Made by a program: the position numbers and the translations under genes. Source: Verrucomicrobiia bacterium (GTDB lineage Bacteria > Verrucomicrobiota > Verrucomicrobiia > Limisphaerales > UBA11358). Taken from it: a DNA stretch of 64,000 nt. Positions 17,443 through 25,570 of this stretch are shown here, piece by piece. Below the pieces are notes generated by a model. The model saw only the letters and a list, made by a program, of their open reading frames with translations, was not told the origin of the DNA and ran no database searches. Location of the stretch: NCBI GenBank assembly GCA_049280815.1, contig JBAPQW010000053.1, forward strand, positions 125,108 through 189,107, given 5' to 3'. The stretch's first letter is position 1; the number at the start of each line of letters is the position of its first letter.

Positions 17443-18732
17443 ATGTATCGCAAGCCATCATTGCTGGTTGTTTTCCTGACGGTCTTCATTGACCTCATCG
17501 GTTTCGGCATCGTTGTGCCGCTGGTGCCGATCTTCAGCCGGCATTACGGCGCGGGCGGCTTTGTCATCGGCGCCATCATCGCCTCCTTCTCCGCGATGCA
17601 ATTTGTTTTCTCGCCGATTTGGGGACGGCTTTCCGACCGGCACGGTCGCCGGCCAATTTTGCTCCTCAGCACCGCCGGTGCGGCATTGTCGTACATGCTG
17701 TTCGCCATCGGTTCGGGTTTTGAAAATCACACTGCCGCGCTTTGGGCCCTGCTGGTCTCGCGCCTCTTCGCCGGCATCTGCGGCGGCAACATCACCGTCG
17801 CCCAGGCTTACATCGCCGACATCACCCCGCCGGAAAACCGGTCCAAACGGATGGGACTCATCGGCATGGCCTTCGGACTGGGGTTTATTTTCGGTCCGGC
17901 AATCAGCGGGATCGCCCTGCATTTCTTTGGCGCCACCGGTCCGGGTTGGGCCGCCGCGGCGCTTTGCGCGGCCAATTTCATCCTGGCGTACTGCATCCTT
18001 GCTGAAAGCTTGAAACCAGAATCCAGCCAGGCGGCCCGGCGCCCGCATTTTGCGCAATGGGGGCACACCCTGACCCAGCCGAAAATCGGTTTGTTGATCC
18101 TGATTTTCTTCCTGGCCACGTTCGCCTTCAGTTGTTTTGAAAGCACCCTGCCATTGCTGGTCAGCGACAATTTTAATCTCGGCATCACCGTGGACGAAAC
18201 CAGGCCCGCGACGACGGTCATCTCGTTGTTTGTCTTTTGCGGGCTCATCGGCGCCTTCATCCAGGGCGGCGCCATCGGCCGGCTGGTCAAAATCTTCGGC
18301 GAACCGAAACTGATTTCGCTGAGCCTGGTGTTGACCGGCATCAGCCTGATCCTCCTGCCGTACATCAAAGGCGACGGCCAGCTCAAGTGGTTGGCCGTTC
18401 TGCACGCGACCGACTGGCCGTGGATTAAAATGCTTCTGGCCCTGGCGCTGCTGGCCATCGGTTCCGCTCTGACGCGCCCGCCGCTCTTCGGATTGCTTTC
18501 AAATCTCGCCCCCGCCAACGAACAGGGCGCCACCATCGGTGTGGCGCAGAGCGCCGGGGCCTTGGCGCGCATTCTCGGCCCGCTGTTTGCCGCCATCCTT
18601 TACCTGCGCATCGCGCCCTTGCCGTATGTCGTTTGTGGAGGATTGTCCATCCTGGCCGCCCTGTTGACCTGGCTGTATCTCTGCCGGAAAAACTCCGCGC
18701 CGACGGGCGTGGCCGGAATTCCACCGCAATAA
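17443..18732 (+). CDS. MFS transporter (DHA1/TetA-like efflux type)
   Basis: 429 aa from the ATG at 17443 (MYRKPSLLVVFLTVFIDLIGFGIVVPLVP). It has the MFS motif GRLSDRHGRRP and about 12 hydrophobic segments. Confidence 0.85.
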   Translation: MYRKPSLLVVFLTVFIDLIGFGIVVPLVPIFSRHYGAGGFVIGAIIASFSAMQFVFSPIWGRLSDRHGRRPILLLSTAGAALSYMLFAIGSGFENHTAALWALLVSRLFAGICGGNITVAQAYIADITPPENRSKRMGLIGMAFGLGFIFGPAISGIALHFFGATGPGWAAAALCAANFILAYCILAESLKPESSQAARRPHFAQWGHTLTQPKIGLLILIFFLATFAFSCFESTLPLLVSDNFNLGITVDETRPATTVISLFVFCGLIGAFIQGGAIGRLVKIFGEPKLISLSLVLTGISLILLPYIKGDGQLKWLAVLHATDWPWIKMLLALALLAIGSALTRPPLFGLLSNLAPANEQGATIGVAQSAGALARILGPLFAAILYLRIAPLPYVVCGGLSILAALLTWLYLCRKNSAPTGVAGIPPQ

Positions 18733-18888
18733 ACCGGTGTCATGTCGTCGCTGTGCGCCGATTTCGAGCTGCAGGCTCGACGCTACAACAAACTGGGCAC
18801 CGCAAAAAATGCAGGCGGCGAATTGACTGCTTCGCACCCGGCTATTGCAGAACAACCCGCCGCCTTTCCGCTCACACGAGCAGAATCA

Positions 18889-19443
18889 TCATTCGCCCGG
18901 AGGCGGTTCGTCCGGCGCACCCTCAGGAGGCGGCATCTGGTCGCCATTCGGTGTGTCGCTATTTTGCCCGGGCGGCGGTCCCCTGTGCGGGCGCGGCCCG
19001 ATGAATTCATCCGGCGTCAGCTTGCCGTCGCCATTCTTGTCGAGCGCTTGCAACGCGGCGGGCGCGTTGGCGATTTCATTGGCGTCGATCACGCCGTCAC
19101 CGTTCACGTCGAGCGCCTTCACAATCGCCGGCACAAGCGGGCGGGGTGCATCTTTCGACGCGGCGGCCGGCAACGTCGGCAGGTATTCGTCCGGGGTCAA
19201 CTGGCCGTCGCCATTTTTGTCCAGTGTTTTCAACGCGGCACTGGCATTGGCGATTTCATTGGAGTCAATCACGCCGTCGTGATTGGCATCCAGGACAATG
19301 ACCAAGGGCAGGGGTGGCGGATGATGTCTGCCCGGTCCCGGACGGTTGGGCGGGGGCGCGCCGTTGTCATCCTGGGCATTCACGAGCAGCGCCGACGCTC
19401 CAAGCGCCAGCAGTGCCGCTGCGATTTTGATTTTCGTTTTCAT
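18889..19443 (-). CDS. secreted EF-hand calcium-binding protein (4 EF loops)
   Basis: 184 aa from the ATG at 19443, with signal peptide MKTKIKIAAALLALGASALLVNA. The four EF loops are DANHDGVIDSNE, DKNGDGQLTPDE, DVNGDGVIDANE and DKNGDGKLTPDE. The flanks are Pro-rich. Confidence 0.8.
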   Translation of the reverse strand: MKTKIKIAAALLALGASALLVNAQDDNGAPPPNRPGPGRHHPPPLPLVIVLDANHDGVIDSNEIANASAALKTLDKNGDGQLTPDEYLPTLPAAASKDAPRPLVPAIVKALDVNGDGVIDANEIANAPAALQALDKNGDGKLTPDEFIGPRPHRGPPPGQNSDTPNGDQMPPPEGAPDEPPPGE

Positions 19444-19588
19444 AATTGTTCTTTCTCGGTTTAGCCGGGTGTTATCTTCACGCACACTCTACACGCGGAA
19501 ACCTTAAGCGGACGTGAAGCCCGAAAACGGCACGATTTATCTCGCCCCCAGCTTCCGTCCCACCGTGTGAAAGGATAACAATCTTTTA

Positions 19589-19622
19589 ACGAAACTTTGT
19601 CGTATATACGACAAAGTTTCGT
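19589..19622. promoter_or_regulatory. perfect 34-bp palindrome (candidate operator)
   Basis: ACGAAACTTTGTCGTATATACGACAAAGTTTCGT is fully self-complementary. It sits in the divergent intergenic region, 146 nt from the EF-hand ATG and 132 nt from the response-regulator ATG. There is no flanking U tract. Confidence 0.6.
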
Positions 19623-19753
19623 AGCGTCCGAATCTGGGTGTGGGTTGTTACAGGCGGATTTCTTTCATCCCGGCCTTCATCTTCCCTTAAGGTGGCGACT
19701 GCGAGAGTGACGGCGGCAACCGGTTGTGTTAAACCAGCCGCGACACGGCAACC

Positions 19754-20404
19754 ATGAGAATCCTGATTGTTGAAGACGAGCCCGACCTGCTCCGCAGCGT
19801 GGCCCAGGCGTTGCGCGAGCAAGGTTATGCCGTGGACACTGCCAACGACGGCGAGGACGGCTTGTTCAAGGCGGAAAGTTACGACTACGACGCCATTGTC
19901 CTCGACGTGATGCTGCCCAAGCTGGACGGCTGGGAAATTCTGAAACGTCTGCGCCACACCAAAATGACCCCCGTGCTCATGCTCACCGCCCGTGACCTGT
20001 CCCGCGACCGCGTCAAAGGCCTCGACACCGGCGCGGACGATTATGTGGTCAAGCCGTTCGATTTGCAGGAATTGTTCGCCCGCCTCCGTGCGCTCATCCG
20101 CCGCAGTGCAAACAAGACCACGAACGTCATCGAAATCGGCGAGGTGGCCATTGACACCGCCGCGCGGAACGTGACCCGGGGCAGCGTGCCGGTGGAATTG
20201 ACGGCGCGAGAATATGCGCTGTTGGAATTTCTCGCGCTGCACCGTGGGCAAGTAGTGACCCGAACGCAGCTTTACGAGCATCTCTTCGACGAAAACGAAA
20301 GTTCGCTTTCCAACCTGCTCGACGTCCACGTCTCCAACCTCCGCAAAAAGCTCGGCGCGGAATTCATCACCACCCGCCGCGGCCATGGCTATTGCATTGA
20401 ATGA
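19754..20404 (+). CDS. OmpR-family response regulator
   Basis: 216 aa with a receiver domain (MRILIVEDEP, VLDVMLPKLDG, KPF) and a winged-helix output (LTAREYALLEFL, GHGY). Confidence 0.9.
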   Translation: MRILIVEDEPDLLRSVAQALREQGYAVDTANDGEDGLFKAESYDYDAIVLDVMLPKLDGWEILKRLRHTKMTPVLMLTARDLSRDRVKGLDTGADDYVVKPFDLQELFARLRALIRRSANKTTNVIEIGEVAIDTAARNVTRGSVPVELTAREYALLEFLALHRGQVVTRTQLYEHLFDENESSLSNLLDVHVSNLRKKLGAEFITTRRGHGYCIE

Positions 20405-21819
20405 AGATTTTCAAATCCATCAAGTGGCGGCTGCAGGTCTGGTACGGTTTGGTTCTTGCCATCACCGTCGTGGCGCTCACGGGCGCTTCCTATCAACTGG
20501 AGCGAGACAGAAGATTTGAAAACATTGACAGTTATTTGAAAGCCCATTTTGACCGGGTGATGGATTTGATGCAAAGTCCGCCGCCTTTCCGGGGAGGTGA
20601 ACAATTTTCCGGAGTTCCGCCGCCCGAACCACCATTTCCAGATCGTCAGTCTGGCAGGCCCCCTTTGCCATTCTCCGCACTCAGTTCGTTTATTAACAAT
20701 CAGGCCTTTGATATGCCAGGCACAAATCCTTCTTACTACGTAATCTGGTCACCGGACGGCGAAGAATTGATTCGTTCAACGAATGCGCCTGCTGAGTTTA
20801 TGATGCCAGATCATCGCGAAATACGAACACGTGGCATATACCGTGAACATATTAACGACGGGTTGCCGGGCTTTGTAATTCTTGTCGGGCGCAATATTGC
20901 ACCGGAACTGAATGAACTCCGCCAATATCTGTTTAAGCAAATAGCAGTTGGAGCACTCATACTGTTCATGGGGCTTTACGTTGGTTGGCGAGTCGCAGAT
21001 CGGGCGATCAAACCGGTCGAAAACATCAGCGCAACCGCCATAAAAATCTCCGCCGGCGATTTGTCGCAACGCATCAATGTCGCTGAAACCGAAAGCGAAC
21101 TGGGCCAACTGGCGGGCGTTTTGAATTCCACCTTCGCCCGGCTGGAGGCTGCGTTCGCGCAGCAACAGCAATTCACGGCCGATGCCGCTCACGAATTACG
21201 CACGCCGGTTTCAGTGATGCTCACGCAGACCCAGACGGCATTGGGCCGCGAGCGGAGCGCGTCTGAATATCGTGAGACCCTCGAAGCCTGCCAGCGCGCC
21301 ACCCAGCGGATGCGCCGGCTGATTGAATCGCTGCTCGAACTGGCACGGCTGGACGCCGGTCAGGAACCGATGAAGCGGCTGCAGTTTGATTTGTCGAAGA
21401 TGGCCCTGGATTGTGTGGAATTGATCCGTCCGCTTGCCGACGAACGGGGTTTGAAAGTCCATTGCGAACTCCCATCGCTCGAATGCCATGGCGATGCCGA
21501 GCGGTTGGCGCAGGTCATCACCAATTTGCTGGCCAATGCCGTGCAATACAACAAGGCCAACGGCGAGGTCCGCATCAGCGCGAAATTGCAGGGCAGTATG
21601 ATCCTCTTGGCGGTTAGCGACACGGGAGAGGGCATCGCGGCGGCGGATTTGCCGCGGGTGTTCGAGCGGTTTTATCGCGCCGACCAGTCGCGTTGGTCGG
21701 GCCAGACCGGGCTGGGGCTCGCCATTTCCAAGGGGATTGTCGAGGCGCATGGCGGAACCATCGAAGTGTCCAGCCAGCCGGATGTCGGGACAACCTTCTC
21801 TGTGAGGCTGCCGGTTTGA
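20401..21819 (+). CDS. sensor histidine kinase
   Basis: 472 aa with two TM segments flanking a periplasmic region that has a Pro-rich stretch. It has a HAMP-like linker, the H-box FTADAAHELRTP, and N/G boxes (NAVQYN, DTGEGI, GLGLAI). A 4-nt overlap joins it to the RR gene. Confidence 0.9.
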   Translation: MKIFKSIKWRLQVWYGLVLAITVVALTGASYQLERDRRFENIDSYLKAHFDRVMDLMQSPPPFRGGEQFSGVPPPEPPFPDRQSGRPPLPFSALSSFINNQAFDMPGTNPSYYVIWSPDGEELIRSTNAPAEFMMPDHREIRTRGIYREHINDGLPGFVILVGRNIAPELNELRQYLFKQIAVGALILFMGLYVGWRVADRAIKPVENISATAIKISAGDLSQRINVAETESELGQLAGVLNSTFARLEAAFAQQQQFTADAAHELRTPVSVMLTQTQTALGRERSASEYRETLEACQRATQRMRRLIESLLELARLDAGQEPMKRLQFDLSKMALDCVELIRPLADERGLKVHCELPSLECHGDAERLAQVITNLLANAVQYNKANGEVRISAKLQGSMILLAVSDTGEGIAAADLPRVFERFYRADQSRWSGQTGLGLAISKGIVEAHGGTIEVSSQPDVGTTFSVRLPV

Positions 21820-21835
21820 ATTTTAGCCGAGGATT

Positions 21836-21857
21836 GGAGCGCGGACAGCTTGTCCGC
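21836..21857 (-). repeat. REP-like GC hairpin, family A (inverted copy)
   Basis: GGAGCGCGGACAGCTTGTCCGC, containing the hairpin GCGGACA-GCT-TGTCCGC. It is in the convergent spacer between the HK gene and hemW. Confidence 0.6.
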
Positions 21858-21881
21858 AAGTTGCCATTGCAGGTTGGGCTC

Positions 21882-21903
21882 GCGGGCAGGCTGCCCGCGC
21901 TCC
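21882..21903 (+). repeat. REP-like GC hairpin, family A (direct copy)
   Basis: GCGGGCAGGCTGCCCGCGCTCC, containing the hairpin GCGGGCA-GGC-TGCCCGC plus a GCTCC tail. It mirrors the copy at 21836-21857. Confidence 0.6.
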
Positions 21904-21911
21904 TGGCTAGC

Positions 21912-23090
21912 TCAGCGCAGGAAGAGTTCAGCCGCCGAATCCGCAAAGCGCAGCCCCTGTGAGTTGAGCTGAAATCGTTGGGTGTCCCGCGCCGCCCATC
22001 CCCGCGCCGTCAGTTGCTCCATTTCCCGCGACCACTCGTTGCGCAGATCAAAATCGGTCGTGCCTTGGAATTCTTCAAATCCCCAGCCGGCATTCATGCG
22101 CAAGCCAAAGGCGGCGGTTTCACCGGCCCGTCGCAGCGGCGTCAGTTCCTCGCGGGATTCAAAGGCGCGTTTTCCTTTTTCCAGTTGTTCGCAATACAGC
22201 TGCGTGTTCGACCAGTTTTTGGTCCGCACGCCGCGCACATAACCCGTCGCGCTGGGACCCAGCCCGTAAAACGAACCGCCGCGCCAGTAATTCACGTTGT
22301 GCCGGCAGGCATGGCTCGGGAGGTTGAAAGTTGAGGGTTGAGGGTTGAGGGTTTTGTGGCGGGCGAAATTGGCGACCTCGTATTGCTGGAAACCGGCGGC
22401 AACTGCGTGTTCCACCAGCGCTTCATACATGTCGCAGGCGAGGTTCTCGTCCACGTCGAATTCGCCGGCCTGCAGTTGCGCGAACAGCGGCGTGTCATCC
22501 TCGTAAATCACCTCGTAGCTGGACAGATGCTCGCTGCCAAGCGCCAGCGCCTCGGCCAGGGTCGCCCGCCAGATTTCCAGGGTCTGGCCGGGAATCGCGA
22601 ACATGAGGTCGAGGTTGAGATTGTCAAAACCGGCCTGGCGCAGGATGTCGAACGACCTGAACACCATGTCGCGGGTGTGGATCCGGCCAAGACGGTCGAG
22701 CAAGGATTCATCGAGTGATTGCACGCCCATGGAGATGCGGTTGACGCCGGAGTCCCGCAGCAATTTCGCCTTGTCAGCCGAAACGGTGGCGGGGTTGCAT
22801 TCGACGGTGAATTCCTCCGCGCCGGCGAGGTTCAGCCGCTCGAGCGTGCGGAGAATTTGCTCCCACTGGCGGAGATTCAACAGCGACGGGGTGCCGCCGC
22901 CGAAGAAAATCGTTTTGGGCTTGAGATCATCCGCCACCAGTTCCAGCTCCTGGATGAGTGCGGCGACGTATCGATTGATGAGGTCGCCGCCGGACGGTTC
23001 GGAATAAAACGCGCAGTATGCGCATTTCTGGGCGCAGAACGGGACATGAATATAGAGGCTTTCGACTCTGGTCGTGGTGGAACCGGCCAT
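21912..23090 (-). CDS. hemW: radical SAM heme chaperone HemW (HemN-like)
   Basis: 392 aa with the radical SAM motif CAQKCAYC near the N-terminus (YIHVPFCAQKCAYCAFYS) and HemN-like C-terminal domain length. Confidence 0.85.
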   Translation of the reverse strand: MAGSTTTRVESLYIHVPFCAQKCAYCAFYSEPSGGDLINRYVAALIQELELVADDLKPKTIFFGGGTPSLLNLRQWEQILRTLERLNLAGAEEFTVECNPATVSADKAKLLRDSGVNRISMGVQSLDESLLDRLGRIHTRDMVFRSFDILRQAGFDNLNLDLMFAIPGQTLEIWRATLAEALALGSEHLSSYEVIYEDDTPLFAQLQAGEFDVDENLACDMYEALVEHAVAAGFQQYEVANFARHKTLNPQPSTFNLPSHACRHNVNYWRGGSFYGLGPSATGYVRGVRTKNWSNTQLYCEQLEKGKRAFESREELTPLRRAGETAAFGLRMNAGWGFEEFQGTTDFDLRNEWSREMEQLTARGWAARDTQRFQLNSQGLRFADSAAELFLR

Positions 23091-23127
23091 GGAGGAAGAA
23101 TACTCCCTTCGCTCATGACTGGCGAAC

Positions 23128-23150
23128 GAAAAACTCCCGCTGCGCGGGAA
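23128..23150 (-). terminator. candidate terminator of cspA
   Basis: Minus strand reads TCCCGC-GCA-GCGGGA then GTTTTTCG, about 25 nt after the cspA stop. The stem is short. Confidence 0.5.
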
Positions 23151-23172
23151 CTGCCGGCGGGGAAGGCCGGCG

Positions 23173-23382
23173 CTAGGCCGGCGTCACGCGCTGGACATTC
23201 TGGGCTTTGAGGCCCTTGTCGCTGGGTACAACTTCGAAGGAGACTTCGTCGCCTTCATTGAGGGTCTTGAATCCCTGGCCGATGATGGACGTGTGGTGAA
23301 CGAATACGTCCTGCCCTGAATTTTGGGCGATGAAGCCGAACCCTTTTTTGTTGTCGAACCACTTAACTTTGCCGCTAGCCAT
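23173..23382 (-). CDS. cspA: cold-shock protein (CspA family)
   Basis: 69 aa with RNP1 KGFGFI and RNP2 VFVHH motifs. Confidence 0.95.
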   Translation of the reverse strand: MASGKVKWFDNKKGFGFIAQNSGQDVFVHHTSIIGQGFKTLNEGDEVSFEVVPSDKGLKAQNVQRVTPA

Positions 23383-23411
23383 AATTAAACTCCTGAGCTG
23401 TCGAGGTGCTT

Positions 23412-23448
23412 CTCAAAAAGAAAAAAGACACGACTGAAACCAGTCGTG
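23412..23448 (-). terminator. terminator-like hairpin inside the cspA leader
   Basis: Minus strand reads CACGACTG-GTTT-CAGTCGTG (8-10 bp) followed by TCTTTTTTCTTTTT. It ends only about 30 nt upstream of the cspA ATG. Confidence 0.6.
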
Positions 23449-23494
23449 CCCCCCTTCACTTTTTAAAAGTGTTCATGCCTCAATTAGTAGGGCC

Positions 23495-23522
23495 ATCATA
23501 AAAGCCGTCCGGCCAAAGTCAA
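23495..23522 (-). promoter_or_regulatory. candidate cspA promoter
   Basis: Minus strand reads TTGACT (23522-23517), 16 nt, TATGAT (23500-23495). The predicted 5' UTR is about 105 nt. Confidence 0.5.
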
Positions 23523-23594
23523 GCGCAAGTTTCACCCGGGTTACACACAGGTTACGCACAGGTTTCCAGCCCCATTGCCGGCCACGACCAGGCC

Positions 23595-23966
23595 TCAGAC
23601 CTGCAACGCCTGGTTCAGCAGTTGCGGCAGATAATTCCCAATCGTGGCCTCGCCAACGACGAGGGTGGCGCCGGCTTTTTGCGCGGCAGCCTGCAACGCC
23701 GTCGCCTGTTCGCCGGCAAACGCAATGATGGGAATGTGCTGGGTGGCGGCATCCGTCTTTAAGGCGGCGATGGTGCGGCAAACGTCTCCGCGCTTCGACT
23801 CCAGGTCCACCACCACCAGCATCGGGCCTTCCGTTTGCGCGCATCCCAGGAGCGCCGGAAGATCGTTGGCGGTCTGGACGCGGTAATTCAGATCCTGCAG
23901 CCGGTTTACCAACTGGCTGCCGGGCAGCAATTTTTCATAGAAAACCAACGCGAGCGGTTGCGTCAT
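23595..23966 (-). CDS. receiver-like (CheY-fold) single-domain protein, atypical
   Basis: 123 aa with a receiver-like alpha/beta pattern (LVVVDLES, IPIIAFAG). The N-terminal acidic pair and the KP motif are not evident. Confidence 0.5.
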   Translation of the reverse strand: MTQPLALVFYEKLLPGSQLVNRLQDLNYRVQTANDLPALLGCAQTEGPMLVVVDLESKRGDVCRTIAALKTDAATQHIPIIAFAGEQATALQAAAQKAGATLVVGEATIGNYLPQLLNQALQV

Positions 23967-24093
23967 TCAAACAGCGTGGCCGGTAAACGAGGAAATTGCA
24001 AAACAGTTTTTGATGCAGACGGTTTTACATCCTTTTTACAAACCTTTGACCCGGCCATGACAACTTCCGCCAGCCATCGGGCACAGTGGGAGC

Positions 24094-25404
24094 ATGAATA
24101 AAACACTGCTTATCATTGGTCTGGCGACCGGCCTGGCTGTCAGCCTGTCCGCCGGAGAAACTCTGCATCTCAACCTGGTCCCGGATCGCGAGGTCCTGTT
24201 GAAGGGTTCGCCGCAGGAGGTCGTCGTGAAGATCGACCTCAACGCGATTGGCGACCATCATAAGCACCGGCGCACCCCGCTCAACTTGGCCGTCGTTTTG
24301 GACAAGTCCGGATCGATGACCGGCGCGAAACTGGAGAAAACGAAACAAGCCGCCAGGCAATTGGTGGATCGCCTCGCGCCCGACGATGTTTTTTCCCTGG
24401 TCATTTTCAGTGACGAGGCGCGGGTGCTGGTGCCGGCGCAGAAGGTCGAAGACAAGGAGGCGCTCAAGGAAAAAATTGAAAGCATTGAAGCCGGCGGCAG
24501 CACGGCGCTTTATGCCGGGGTCAGGACGGGTGCCCGGCAGCTCCAGGAATATTTTTCCCTCAAACGGATCAATCGCGTCATCCTGCTATCCGATGGGCTG
24601 GCGAATGTCGGCCCCAGCTCCACCCAGGACCTGCGCCGTCTGGGGCGTGAGCTGGCCGAAACGGGCGTTGCCGTGACCACGATTGGCGTCGGGGACGATT
24701 ACAACGAGGATTTGATGGCCGGCCTGGCGGAAGCCAGTGACGCAAATTATTATTATGTCCAGGACACGGAAAAGCTCCCGGAAATCTTTGCCCGGGAACT
24801 GGGCGAACTTCAGACGGTCGCCGCGCGCGAAATCCGCATTGAAATCACCTGCCCGGACGGAGTGGAGCCGCTTGGCTTCATCGGCCGCAGCGAGAAGTTT
24901 GAAAACCAGCGGGCCTCGGTGAATTTGAGTCAGTTCACGCTGGGCCAGGGCCGGTACCTGTTTCTGCGTTGCCGGGTGACCCGGCCCGAACCCGAAGTGG
25001 CGCGTGTCAAGGTCAGTTATACGGACGAACTCGACAATGGCAGCGCACAATCCACCAGCGGCGTGGTGAAAATCCGTTACACCGACGACCAGACCGTCGC
25101 GGACCAGTCGGTCAACTCCGCCGTCAACGCGGAAAAAGTGCTCGTGCTCACCGCCGTCGCCAAGGACGAAGCCATCGCCCAGGCGGACGCAGGCAATTAC
25201 CAGCAGGCGGCCAAAACGTTGGCCGAACAAAGACAGGTCCTTGGGGCTCTCTATGCGAATGCTCCGGCGGCGGTCCAGGTTCAAATCCGGGCGGAGACCA
25301 ACAACCTGGGGGACTTCACCGACCAGCTTGTTGACGGCAGTTATGGCGGCGCCTCGCGCAAATCCCTGCAATCGCAATCCTTCAATACTCGCAACTCCAA
25401 ATAA
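24094..25404 (+). CDS. secreted von Willebrand factor A domain protein (YfbK-like)
   Basis: 436 aa with a signal peptide, VWA MIDAS residues (DKSGSM, GGSTAL, LLSDG) and a C-terminal extension. Confidence 0.85.
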   Translation: MNKTLLIIGLATGLAVSLSAGETLHLNLVPDREVLLKGSPQEVVVKIDLNAIGDHHKHRRTPLNLAVVLDKSGSMTGAKLEKTKQAARQLVDRLAPDDVFSLVIFSDEARVLVPAQKVEDKEALKEKIESIEAGGSTALYAGVRTGARQLQEYFSLKRINRVILLSDGLANVGPSSTQDLRRLGRELAETGVAVTTIGVGDDYNEDLMAGLAEASDANYYYVQDTEKLPEIFARELGELQTVAAREIRIEITCPDGVEPLGFIGRSEKFENQRASVNLSQFTLGQGRYLFLRCRVTRPEPEVARVKVSYTDELDNGSAQSTSGVVKIRYTDDQTVADQSVNSAVNAEKVLVLTAVAKDEAIAQADAGNYQQAAKTLAEQRQVLGALYANAPAAVQVQIRAETNNLGDFTDQLVDGSYGGASRKSLQSQSFNTRNSK

Positions 25405-25429
25405 GTTCGATTGGTGGGCCCTGGGAGCA

Positions 25430-25453
25430 CGCCGTCGTCTCGACGGCGATTTT
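25430..25453 (+). terminator. candidate terminator after the VWA gene
   Basis: CGCCGTCG-TCT-CGACGGCG followed by ATTTT. It lies 26 nt after the stop. Confidence 0.5.
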
Positions 25454-25570
25454 GGCTGATGCCCTGATTCACCGCCGGCGGGACGCCGGCGCTCCCAGGA
25501 GTCCCGCCCCGCCGGGACAGAATGAGCTTGGTTATGAATGCGGACTTGGGATATTTGCCGGAGCAAGCCA

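Noticed and set aside
25278-25288. GGTTCAAATCC, a tRNA T-loop-like string
   Set aside because: It lies inside the VWA CDS. The flanking bases do not form a T-stem (CCAGG vs CCGGG), and no acceptor or anticodon arms are present.
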